Of a stretch of DNA of 64,000 nt, positions 1 through 11,099 are shown in pieces. The notes under the pieces are model-generated. The model was not told the DNA's origin, made no database searches, and saw only the letters and a program-made list of their open reading frames with translations. Every line of letters starts with the position of its first letter. The first letter of the stretch is position 1. This DNA is from Mobula hypostoma (lineage: Eukaryota), in contig NC_086100.1 in NCBI RefSeq assembly GCF_963921235.1, positions 200,944,001-201,008,000 on the forward strand. Direction: 5' to 3'. A program made the translations under genes and the position numbers.

Positions 1-115
1 GCAAAAGGATCTTATCATTCTTAGGGATCCGGCAAAGAGCTTCATCCAATGTCTGATAAAAGCATTCCTTGGCCTCTTTCTCAGATGGCAAAGTTGGTGC
101 ACAGGCAACTGTGTA
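1..115 (-). mobile_element. RTE-clade LINE, AP-endonuclease fragment (runs off the window edge)
   Basis: Minus-strand translation VACAPTLPSEKEAKECFYQTLDEALCRIPKNDKILL matches the 'YAPT...FY..L......P..D..ILLGDFNA' segment of RTE APE domains. Confidence 0.6.
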
Positions 116-354
116 CTACACACATCATACAACACAGCACATAATGACGATGACCACAGAAAGCATCATAGCCTGGAAGGGCAATTGCTCTGCTGTCACC
201 ACAAGAAACTGCAGAGAACCATGGACACAGCCACCACATCATGGAGACCAAACTGCCCTCCGTGGACTCTGTCTACACCTCTTGCTGCCTCGGTAAAGCA
301 GTCAGCAGAATCAAAGACTACTCCCCCTCCCAACCCCGGGTACGAATGGCTTTT

Positions 355-680
355 GACAGACCAACCTAAGGTACATTACCGCCACCTACTAAGGTGCAGT
401 GTGAAGCAGAGACAGGAAATATACAACACTATTTCTCCTCCCAAAAGAATCAAATAATATCAAAAAGGTTAATGCTTTTTAGAGTTCAGATACACACTTA
501 AATACATTATGATGTCAATGATATCCTAACAAACTTTCCATGTTAAACTGTCTGTCCCAAAGATATCACTTTTGCTTCCCAGAGGACCTGCATTCAAACA
601 ATATACTTTGCACTGTTTCTTGGCAAGTGTACTCCCCATAAATGTCCGATTCATGTATATTAATTCTGAACATTCTCTCT
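355..680 (-). mobile_element. Nimb/I-clade LINE 3' end, decayed
   Basis: Minus strand gives ...TCQETVQSILFECR... (remnant of the C-terminal Cys/His knuckle) with stops, then AGTAGGTGGCGGTAATGTAC, similar to the 3' end at 63140-63210. Minus-strand 1820-1990 (..RRKIRTLKIG) may be an upstream piece of the same element. Confidence 0.45.
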
Positions 681-1306
681 GTAAACTGGACTGGTCAAAG
701 AACACTGAGGCTGTCTACAAGAAGGTTCAGAGCCGTCTCTATTTCCTGAGGAGACTGAGGTCCTTTAACATCTGCTGGACGATGCTGAGGATGTTCTACA
801 AGTCTGTGGTGGCCAGTGCTATCATGTCTGCTTTTGTGTGCTGGGGCAGCAGGCTGAGGGTAGCAGACACCAACAGAATCAACAAACTCATTCGTAAGGC
901 CAGTGACGTTGTGGGGATGGAACTGGACTATCTGACGGTGTTGTCTGAAAAGAGGATGCTGTCTAAGTTGCTTGCCATCTTGGACAATGTCTCCCATCCA
1001 CTACATAATGTACTGGGTGGGCACAGGAGTACATTCAGCCAGAGACTCATTCCACCGAGATGCAACACAGAGCGTCATAGGAAGTCATTCCTGCCTGTGG
1101 CCATCAAACTTTACAACTCCTCCCTTGGAGGGTCAGACACCCTGAGCCAATAGGCTGGTCCTGGACTTATTTCATAATTTACTGGCATAATTTACATATT
1201 ACTATTTAACTATTTATGGTTTTATTACTATTTAATTATTTATGGTGCGACTGTAACGAAAACCAATTTCCCCCGGGATCAATAGAGTATGACTGTGACT
1301 ATGACT
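681..1306 (+). mobile_element. Rex1/Babar-like LINE, 5'-truncated 3' end
   Basis: ORF 572-1153 contains KLDWSKNTEAVYKKVQSRLYFLRRLRSF...FYKSVVASAI...HPLH...SFLPVAIKLYN (post-RT C-terminus). The 3' UTR ends in an (ATGACT)n tail, and the same UTR recurs at 27100-27312 and 46903-47000. Confidence 0.8.
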
Positions 1307-2109
1307 ATTCTTTTCGCTCCCATTGGGCAGAGGATACAGAAGCCTGAAAGCACATACAGCAGGCTCAATGACAAATTCTATCCTGCTGTTATAAGTCAGA
1401 TATTGAATGGTCTCCTCATAAGGCCTCACACCTTATTGTCAGCTTACACTGCCCTTTCTCGAAACACACACAGAACGTTTCGGCAGCAGCTTCCACCCCA
1501 CTGCCACCACATCTTGAACGGACGATGAACCCATGTACACTATCTCACTAGCTCTCTTTTTGTACTATTAAATTTTATATATATACACCTTATTGTAATT
1601 TATACATTTTATTATGTATTGCAATGTACTCCTCTGCATATCTTTTGACATATGCCAGTGATAGTGAACCTGATTCTGATGTAGGACTTCATTCTCCATT
1701 CTCGCGTTGTTTTTCCCTTGTATACCTCAATGTGCTGATGTGAGGGACATGATCTGTATGGATTGGATGGAATGGAAAGGTTTTCACTGTACCTTGGTAC
1801 TTGTGACAATAATAAACCAATCTTCAACGTTCTAATCTTCCTTCTATTGGTGCTAACATCTTCAGACAATTCCTGAGCTGCTTGCCTGATGCCTTGATTA
1901 TTAATTGTTGCCATCTGCTCAACCTTCCTTCTTTGCCTCTTCTTTTTTCCACACGTTATCACCCTTCTATGTATAATAGTCTGTTTTCTGTAAATCTGAT
2001 TCGTAATTCGTAATCTGATTCAGTCCTGGCGTGCTTGAGTAATATTGTCAAAGTAATACAGCTTCCCATGGGCAAACTGAATTCCTGAATGATTCGTGCT
2101 GGCGTTATC

Positions 2110-2407
2110 ACGTGTACATCAAACCATACAGTGAAATATGTCGCTTGAGTTTAACAACCAACACAGTCCAAGGATGTGCTGGGGGCAGCCCGCCTGCGTC
2201 ACCACCCTTCTGACGCAAACATAGCACGCCCAGAATGTATTGACCCTAACCCATTTGAGTCTGCAACGCGGGGGGAAACTGGAGCTCCCGGAGGAAACCC
2301 ATGCGGTCACGGAAAGAGAGAGCAAATTCGTTACATACAGCAGCGAGTGTCAGTAATTGCCGGTGCTGGAAAGTGATTGCACTAGCTGCTACATGACTGT
2401 GCTGTCC
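2110..2407 (-). mobile_element. tRNA-derived SINE, decayed
   Basis: GGAAACTGGAGCTCCCGGAGGAAACCCATGCGGTCACGG is the reverse of a V-SINE-like core; a homologous copy lies at ~9990-10265. Confidence 0.5.
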
Positions 2408-2678
2408 CCTGCTGCAGTTGGAGAATTGATTTTATAATGGTTGTCTATAGCGCTGCTCCACAGTAGAGAAAGAAAAGAGACCTCGCTCCCCTGAAAGAGC
2501 AGAAAGAAGGGCAAAGGGATGCTGCCAGTGCAGGGTGTCAGCGCTGTGAGGTCGCTGCCTAACCTCCAACTATCAGAGCTGTGGTCAGTACTTGGCATGT
2601 CAAGTCAGTGTCCTGAGAGGTAACTGCATTGGAACACCCAGCATTCCGGTCCCTGGAATAAGGAACTGTACCAATTTG

Positions 2679-3196
2679 AATAACTGCATGTCCATCACAG
2701 TTTCACAGTGAACCGAGGTCAGACTATGAGGGAGGAGATGGAGGAGGATTGTTGTATTGACATGGCCTGGGGAAATAACTGCATGTCCATCATAGTTTCA
2801 CAGTGAACCGGGTCAGGCTGTGAGGGAGGAGATGGAGGAGGGTCTCTGTAGCGACATGCCCTGGGGAAATAACTGCATGTTCTTCATAGTTTCACAGTGA
2901 ACCGAGGTCAGACTGTGAGGGAGGAGATGGAGGAGGGTTGTTGTATTGACATGGCCTGGGGAAATAACTGCACGTTCTTCATAGTTTCACAGTGAACCGA
3001 GGTCAGACTGTGAGGGAGGAGATGGAGGAGGGTTGTTGTATTGACATGCCCTGGGGAAATAACTGCACGTTCTTCATAGTTTCACAGTGAACCGAGGTCA
3101 GACTGTGAGGGAGGAGATAGAGGAGGGTTGTTGTATTGACATGGCCTGGGGAAATTACTGCATGTTCTTCATAGTTTCACAGTGACCGAGGTCAGT
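2679..3196. repeat. 95-bp tandem repeat, ~5.4 copies
   Basis: Unit TAACTGCATG..CATAGTTTCACAGTGAACCGAGGTCAGACTGTGAGGGAGGAGATGG... starts at 2681, 2776, 2870, 2965, 3060 and 3155. Confidence 0.95.
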
Positions 3197-3884
3197 CAGC
3201 ACAAACTGGTCACGAGGAGACGGGGGAAAGGCAGCTGCACTGTCGGACAGGACAGGAGTTGGGCTCAGGTGGGTTGAGGCTGGAGTTTATTCTAGTGCTG
3301 GGTGAATGAGATGCTGCGAAGTGTGGAGTTTGTGATTCCCCACCTCCCCCAGCATCACAGAAACGCACACTACACGAGACCCTCAAAGTGATTAGCCCTT
3401 GCCACTTTTTTGCTTCAGAACAGAACATTCCGGTCTGCCCATCTGTTGTGTTCTTCACAAGGAGTTTAATTGTATTTAGAGATACAGCAGGGCCCTTCTG
3501 CCCAAATGAGCCCTCCCTGCCCAATTACAGCCATGTCACCAATTAACCCATTAACCCACAGGATCAAAAAAGCTTCAGGAAGTTATAAACTCAGTCAGCT
3601 CCATCATGGGCACTAGCTGGACACCGCCAGGGAGCGATGCGTCAGGAAGGCAGCATCCATCATTCAGGATCCCCATCACCCAGGTCATGCCCCCTTCTCG
3701 TTGAAACCATCAGGGAGGAGGTACGGGCACACGCTGAATGATTCAGGAGCAGCCTCTGCTCCTCTGCCATCAGATGAATGAATGGACATTGGACACTACC
3801 TCACGGCATGCCTGGAATGTGGAAGGAAAGCGGAGCACGCGGGGAGAACGTGCAGACTCTTTCCAGACAGCGGCAGGAATTGAA

Positions 3885-5330
3885 GCAACACACATCAAAG
3901 TTGCTGGTGAACGCAGCAGGCCAAGCAGCATCTATAGGAAGAGGCGCAGTCGACGTTTCAGGCCGAGACCCTTCGTCAGGACTAACTGAAGGAAGAGTGA
4001 GTAAGGGATTTGAAAGCTGGAGGGGGAGGGGGAGATGCAAAATGATAGGAGAAGACAGGAGGGGGAGGGATAGAGCCGAGAGCTGGACAGGTGATAGGCA
4101 AAAGGGGATACGAGAGGATCATGGGACAGGAGGTCCGGGAGGAAAGACGGGGGGGCGGGGTGACCCAGAGGATGGGCAAGAGGTATATTCAGAGGGACAG
4201 AGGGAGAAAAAGGAGAGTGAGAGAAAGAATGTGTACATAAAAATGAGTAACAGATGGGGTACGAGGGGGAGGTGGGGCCTAGCGGAAGTTAGAGAAGTCA
4301 ATGTTCATGCCATCAGGTTGGAGGCTACCCAGACGGAATATAAGGTGTTGTTCCTCCAACCTGAGTGTGGCTTCATCTTTACAGTAGAGGAGGCCGTGGA
4401 TAGACATGTCAGAATGGGAATGGGATGTGGAATTAAAATGTGTGGCCACTGGGAGATCCTGCTTTCTCTGGCGGACAGAGCGTAGATGTTCAGCAAAGCG
4501 GTCTCCCAGTCTGCGTCGGGTCTCACCAATATATAAAAGGCCACATCGGGAGCACCGGACGCAGTATATCACCCCAGTCGACTCACAGGTGAAGTGATGC
4601 CTCACCTGGAAGGACTGTTTGGGGCCCTGAATGGTGGTAAGGGAGGAAGTGTAAGGGCATGTGTAGCACTTGTTCCACTTACACGGATAAGTGCCAGGAG
4701 GGAGATCAGTGGGGAGGGATGGGGGGGGACGAATGGACAAGGGAGTTGTGTAGGGAGCGATCCCTGCGGAATGCAGAGGGGGGGGGAGGGGAAGATGTGC
4801 TTAGTGGTGGGATCCCGTTGGAGGTGGCGGAAGTTACGGAGAATAATATGTTGGACCCGGAGGCTGGTGGGGTGGTAGGTGAGGACCAGGGGAACCCTAT
4901 TCCAAGTGGGGTGGTGGGAGGATGGAGTGAGAGCAGATGTACGTGAAATGGGGGAGATGCGTTTAAGAGCAGAGTTGATAGTGGAGGAAGGGAAGCCCCT
5001 TTCTTTAAAAAATGAAGACATCTCCCTCGTCCTAGAATGAAAAGCCTCATCCTGAGAGCAGATGCGGCGGAGACGGAGGAATTGCGAGAAGGGGATGGCG
5101 TTTTTGCAAGAGACAGGGTGAGAAGAGGAATAGTCCAGATAGCTGTGAGAGTCAGTAGGCTTATAGTAGACATCAGTGGATAAGCTGTCTCCAGAGACAG
5201 AGACAGAAAGATCTAGAAAGGGGAGGGAGGTGTCGGAAATGGACCAGGTAAACTTGAGGGCAGGGTGAAAGTTGGAGGCAAAGTTAATAAAGTCAACGAG
5301 TTCTGCATGCGTGCAGGAAGCAGCGCCAAT
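3885..5330 (-). mobile_element. Penelope-like retroelement, 5'-truncated, relatively young
   Basis: ORF 4279-4740 has a GIY-YIG endonuclease (GVIYCVRCSRCGLLYIGETRRRLGDRFAEH...EEQHLIFRLGSLQPDGMN), preceded by RT C-terminal motifs (FKERGFP). Flanked by a 12-bp TSD, GCAGGAATTGAA (3873-3884 and 5331-5342). Confidence 0.9.
3948..3983 (-). ncRNA. Minimal type I hammerhead ribozyme in the PLE terminal repeat
   Basis: Minus strand AGTC-CTGACGA-AGG gtctcgg CCT-GAAA-C-GTC^GACT: intact CUGANGA/GAAA core, stem I AGTC/GACT, stem II AGG/CCT, GUC cleavage triplet (cut between 3952 and 3951). Confidence 0.8.
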
Positions 5331-6102
5331 GCAGGAATTGAACCTGGTTTGCGGTGCTCTAAGGTGTTATGCCGATTGCTACACTACTGTGCTGCACCTC
5401 TGCAATGGGTGAGGAGAAAGGAAAGTTGGTTTGTTGGTGGTCTCCTCATGAAGATTGCAAAGGGTAGTCCGCTGGGGCTCTTTCAGCTGAACATGAAGAG
5501 GTCTGGCTGAGCTCCTGCCTCCCCGTCCAACTGGCTCTCCCTCTGCTCCTGGGACAAGGTACGCCATTGGGGGTATACCTAGGGGTTGGGGGGGTGGTGA
5601 AAGTGGGGTGGGAGGAATCCTGGAAGGTGTATCCGGGAGGTTGGGGTGTTGATATGCTCCTCCTGAGTGTGCGTCTCGGGATGGGTCACATTGGAGATCA
5701 AATAATTGGGAATATTTAAAGCAGCGGTTGATAGGTTCTTGATTAGTCAGGGCATCAAAGAGGTAAGGGGAATGGGTTGAAGGGGATAATAAATCAGCAA
5801 TGATGGAATGGCAGAGCAGAGTTGATGTGCTGAATAGCCTAATCCTGGCCTATGTCTGTTGGTCTTATGAAACGTGAATGCTGTGTGGTGTGGTGGAGCA
5901 GGTGAAGAAACCTCGTTCCAGACCTTCCCTTAGCACAGGAAGTGTTACACAAAGTGTATCCTGCTGCAACACTTCGAGGTTGTGAAGCAGTCCTGTGGCC
6001 TTGAATGTTCCGTGCTGACACTGGGTTTGGGTTTTCAAGATTCAAGATTGTTTCATGTCACTTCCAGTGCGTAAGAGTAAAGAAGGACAAAATAATTGTC
6101 AG

Positions 6103-8090
6103 CAACACCACACAGTGCTGGAGGAGCTCAGCAGACCAGGCAGCATCGATGGAAAAGAGTAAACAGTCAACGTTTTGGGCCGAGACCCTTCATCAGGACT
6201 GAAAAGGAAGAGTGAAGGAGTCAGTTAAGAAGCTGAGGGGGAGGGCAGGAAGAAGTACATGGCGGTAGGTGATGGGTAAAGAGCTGGGAAGGTGATTGGG
6301 GAAAGACATACAGGGCAGGAAAAGTGGGAATCTGATAGGAGAGGACAGGAGACCATGGAAGAAAGGGAAGAGGAGGAGCACCAGAGGGAGGTGATGGGCG
6401 GGCATGGAGAGACTGTGTGAGAGGGGAACAAGACTGGGGAAGGAGGGGCAGGGGTAGTTACCAGAAGTTTGAGAAACCAATGTTCATGGCATCAGATTGG
6501 CGGCTACCCTGATGGAATATGAGGTGTTGCTCCTCCAACCTGAGTGTGGCCTCATCGTGGCAGTAGGGGAGGCCTTGCGCCACCATGTCAGAATGGGAAT
6601 GGGATTTAGAATCGAAATGGGCGGACACCGGGAGATCCTGTTTTAGGTGCTCGGTGAAGCGGTCTCCCAGTCTACGTCGAGTCTCATCAATATACAGGAG
6701 GCCACACCAGGAGCACCGGGTACAGTAGATGATCCCAACAGACTCACAGGTGAAGTGTCACCTCACCTGGAAGGACTGTTTGGTAGTGAGGGAGGAGGTG
6801 TAGGCACAGATGTAGCACTTGTTTCGTTTGCAAGGATAAGTGTCAGGAGGGAGGGACGAGTGGATAAGGGAGTGGCGTAGGGAGTAATCCCTATAGAAAA
6901 TGAAGAATGGGAAGAGGGAAAGATGCATTTGGTGGTGGGATCCAGTTGGAGATGGCAGAAGTTATGGAGAATCATATGCTGGATGCAGAGGCTTGCGTGG
7001 TGGTAGGTGAGGACCATTTCCGCCAGACGGAGGAGAGAGATGACAGAGGGGAACTGGGGAACCCTGTTGTAGGGGATGGGGTGAGGGCAGTAAGAGTGCG
7101 AAATAGAAGAGGTGCGGATGAGGGCAGTGTTGATGGTGGAGGGAGGGAAGCCCCTTTCTTTGAAGAAGGAGAACATCTCAGTTCTGGAATGAAAAGCCTC
7201 ATCCTTAGAGCAGAAGCAGTGGAGACAGAGGAACTGAGAAAAGGGAGTGGTATTTTTCCAAGTGACAGGGTGGGAAGTCTAGACACCTGTGGGTTTATAG
7301 AAGACATTAGTAGATAGACTGTCTGCAGAGGGAGACAGAGATTGAGAAAGGAGAGAGAGGTCATTTGACTAACTTGTGCCTGAAGAAGATGGTTGGGTTT
7401 ACCATTGAGACATTGCAATTAGTATCTGTGACTTTAAGGCCAAAAGATAGTTTGGATAGATTTGAAAACCAGTCACAAAGCTTCCATAGTCAGGGGAGAG
7501 AGGTGCCTGAAAAGAGCCAAATAAATTTGAGGGCAGGGTGGAAGCTGGTGGCAAGGTTAATGAAGTTGACAAGCTCAGGAAGGAGCACTGGTGCAGTCGT
7601 CGATACAGCACAGGAAGAGTTGAGGAGTGATGTCGATGTAGGCTTAGAACACGGACTGTTACATGTAGCCGACAAGATGGCAGGCATAATTGGGACCCAC
7701 TCGAATGCCCATGTTTGCACCTGGGGTTTGATGGAAGTGGGAGGAGCTGCAGGAGAGGGTGAGGACCAGTTCAGCTGGACAGAGGAAGTGATGGTGGAGG
7801 GGAACTGGTTGGGTCTGTTGTCCAGAAAGAAGCAGTGTGCTTTGAGACTTGCCTGATGGGGGATAGAAGTGTATAGGACTGGACATCCATAGTGAAAATG
7901 AGATGGTCGGGGCCAGGGAACTTAAAGTCATTGAAAAGATCGAGAGTGCTTGTGTGTCACAGATGTAGGTAGGAAGAGTCTGAACCAAGGCGGATAATAC
8001 AGAGTCAAGGTATGCAGACTCAAGCTCAGAGGGGCAAAAGCAGGCAGAAACAATGGGTCGACCTGGATAGTTAGATTTGTGAAGGTAGAA
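6103..8090 (-). mobile_element. Penelope-like element, degenerate (RT + GIY-YIG remnants)
   Basis: Broken ORFs FYLHKSNYPGRPIVSAC, GANMGIRVGPNYACHLVGY, ELVNFINLATSFHPALKF, FKERGFP. Terminal repeat with a mutated hammerhead at 6164-6201. Confidence 0.8.
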
Positions 8091-8102
8091 AGGGGAGTTG
8101 CG

Positions 8103-9212
8103 GGACCCTTTTCTCAGTTCTTCCGCCCTCTGCTGCATCTGCTGTCAGGATGAGGCTTTTCATTCCAGGACAAGATTCCTCATCTATTCACCTCCCAGCC
8201 CACAAGCCTCCACGTGCAGCACGTAATTCTCCATCACTTCGGCATCTCCAACAGTATTCCACCACCCAGCACACCTGTCCTTCTCCCCACTTTCCACTTT
8301 CCACTTTCCACAGGGATCGCTCCCCAGGTGACTCTCTTGTCCACTCGTCCCTCCCTACTGATGTCTCTCCTGACACTTATCCTTGCAAGCAGAATAAATG
8401 CCACACCTGCCCCTACACCTCCTCCTTCACTACCATTTAGGGCCCTAAACAGTCCCTGCAGGTAAGGTCACACTTCACCAGTGAGTCTGTTGGGGTCCTA
8501 TACTGTGTCCGGTGCTCCCAGTGTGGCCTCCTGTATATCGGTGAGACCTGACATACATTGGGAGATTGCTTTGTCGAGCACTTTCACCCTGTCTGCCACA
8601 AAAAGTAGGATTTCCCGGTGTCCACCCACTTCAATTCTATGTCTCATTCGCATCCCGACATGTCAGTCCGTGGTCTTCTCTCTGCTACGATGAGGGCACA
8701 CTCAGGTTGGAGAAGCACCACCTTGTATTCCATCTGGGTACACTTCAACCTGATGGCATGAACATAGATTTCTCAAATTTCTGGCAATTCCCTTCCCCCC
8801 CCGCCACTCCTTCACAATTCCCCATTCCTCTTTCGTTCTTTCATGTAATCTCTTTCCCTGCCCATCACCCCCCTTTGATGCTCCTCCCACTTCCCTTTCT
8901 TCCATGGTCTTCTGTCTTCTCCTATCAGATTCGCCTTTCTTCAACCCTTTGTCTCTTTCACCAATCAACTCCCCAGCTCTTTATGTCACCCCTCCCCCCT
9001 CTCCCGGTTTCACCTATCACCTTCCACCTGTCCTACCCTCCCCCTCCTTCTTAATCTGACTCCACCCTCCCTGTCCAGTCCTGACGAAGGGATTGGCCCG
9101 ACATGTTGTCTGTTTATTCATCTCCATAGATGCTGCCTGACCTGCTGAGTTCCTCCAGCATTATGTGTGTGTTGTCTTGGATTTCCAGTATCTGCAAATT
9201 TTCTCCTGTTTG
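8103..9212 (+). mobile_element. Penelope-like element 3' portion, inverted relative to its neighbour
   Basis: TYPCKQNKCHTCPY, YIGET remnant and LEKHHLVFHLGTLQPDGMNIDF; ends in terminal repeat CTGACGAAGGG...GATGCTGCCTGACCTGCTGAGTTCCTCCAGCA. Confidence 0.8.
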
Positions 9213-10600
9213 CGAGGTAATTTTTACTCTGGATTCAATGAAGCACAGAAAAAAAAACACAATAGGACAAAGAAAACAATAATTTAAAAAAACACAATAA
9301 ATATAAATAGGTACATAAGGTGGCTTATATATCCTGTGTGTAAATATGTTTGTATATCTATATATGGATTGATTGTATGTCCATAACTGATGTGAGGCAT
9401 CTGCACATGAGGTGACTGAGAGGAAATGACGAAGTAGTGGTGGTGGCGGGATAGGGGAGGGTCAGTCATTGGGCAATGGTGTTGATCAGCCTTACTGCTC
9501 AGGGAGAGTAAGTGTTTGTGAGTCTGGTGGTCCTTCTGGCATGGATACCATGTAGCCCGCTCCCTGGCGGGAGTGGGGACAACATTCCATGAGCACATAA
9601 ATTGTTCTAGGATGTGGATGTTATCTTTCCTAGCCGTGACACTGAGCTTAGAGTCATAGACCCTGTGGCAGCTCTGTCCTTGTCTCTGCTATACCCACTC
9701 GCCACTGGTTGACACGTTCCCTGCACCAGTCCCTGACGGCAGGAACCCACCACACCAAGGAACAATGGACCCTGAGCTCCTGCCTCGAACTCCAACCCAA
9801 TGAAGGTGAAAATGCCACTTGTCTGCCTCACTACGTATTGCACCAACACACCAGCATTAATAGAAGCTCATCCCAATTTACTTCTTCCCAATAACCCCTC
9901 TCTGGCATCAATTTTCCCAACTCAGGTAAATGGTTTGAATTTGCAGCCAGCAGCAGCTGGATGCCGACATGAAGGAAGAGAGATTAGCTTTTTGGTCACG
10001 TGTACATCAAAACTTACAGTGAAATGCGTCATTTGCGTCAACGACCAACACAGTGCGAGGTTGTGCTGGGGGCCGCCAGCAAGTGTCACCTCGCTTCTGG
10101 CGCCAATATAGCCTTGCCGCAACTTACTAAGCCTAACCCATGCCTTTAGAGTGTGGGAGGATGCTGGAGGAACCCACACTCTCACAGGGAAAGTGACTAA
10201 GCTCCTTCCACACGGCTTCAGAACTCTGCACCTATCACCGCTGCTGTAATAATGTTCAGCTAACTGCAGCCTCCTGAAGGAAGTCCTTGGCGGTGAGCAG
10301 CTTCAGCCCCAGGCCTGACAATACAGGTGATGGCAGGTACAGCACTAAGACCAGCTGATGTACCACCGGACTCTGCCTGCTGAGATGCTGGACTCTGCCA
10401 ACGTACTGCTGGGCTCTGACAACGATACCGATGGACTGTATTGACCGCACACCTGAACTCTTGCCTCTCGCCCTGGAGTCTGCCAAGCGAGCTTTGTGTC
10501 TGCAGCTGCAGTTCGGAAGGTACCAGTAGGAGGCGCTGCCTCTTCACGCCTGCTCCTGCGAACAACCTGACCAAACTTGTCCTCACCAAGTTCCCTCTGC

Positions 10601-10622
10601 CACTTCCTCTACCCACTTCCTG
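10601..10622. promoter_or_regulatory. Paired ETS/PU.1-type motifs ~200 bp upstream of the ATG
   Basis: CACTTCCTCT (reverse AGAGGAAGTG) at 10601-10610 and CACTTCCTG at 10614-10622, in a non-repetitive GC-richer stretch. Motif match only. Confidence 0.3.
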
Positions 10623-10809
10623 GTTAAGAGGCGCGGTTACAGAGCTGCAATATCAATGAATACAGACAGGATCAAACACAGGCTGAGGGCTGAGCCGGTG
10701 GGGTTGTCAGAACGCCAAGGCCAGAGGGAGTGACAGGAGCCGGGCAGGGGGATATGTGTCAGTGAGTGAGAGGGCTCAGGCAGAGTGGGACAAGCTGTAG
10801 GCACGCAGT

Positions 10810-11023
10810 ATGTTTGCCAGCAGCCTGCAACTGGTGGGGCTGCTCTGGTGCCTGGGTTTGAGTCGTGCAGAGACAGAGAGTGAAGGGAGTCACGGGGCTG
10901 AAGAGCTGGTGCTCAGGAATGCGATGCTGCCCGCCGCCCCCGGTAACACCACTGACAGCCGCTCGCCAGCAGCAGCCTCGGCAATCAGGACTAAAGGAGC
11001 AACTGTCAAAGGAACTTCAGCAG
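10810..11023 (+). CDS. First coding exon of a secreted/membrane protein, probably an ADAM-family metalloprotease
   Basis: MFASSLQLVGLLWCLGLSRA|ETESEG... is a typical signal peptide, followed by an S/T/A-rich spacer. Consensus donor CAG|GTGAGT at 11023/11024; 214 nt, phase 1. Confidence 0.75.
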
Positions 11024-11099
11024 GTGAGTGGAGAAAGTTAGCACACCCGTACTTCTGTCAAACCCGCAACATGAGCATTAAAGAAAGTGTCTGGGACAA

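Noticed and set aside
1612..1962. Basic 116-aa minus-strand ORF as a host exon
   Set aside because: Runs into repeat UTR sequence and is better explained as a decayed Nimb-like LINE piece.
2679..3196. CRISPR-like periodicity (also 11100-12200)
   Set aside because: Whole units repeat with no unique spacers, there are no cas genes, and the context is eukaryotic.
5487..5558. Possible 72-nt exon (TTTCAG|...AAG|GTACGC; EHEEVWLSSCLPVQLALPLLLGQ)
   Set aside because: Open and phase-symmetric, but no recognisable homology or convincing partner exon; needs RNA-seq.
10256..10659. Overlapping short ORFs upstream of exon 1
   Set aside because: No recognisable domain or good splice sites; more likely promoter or 5' flank.
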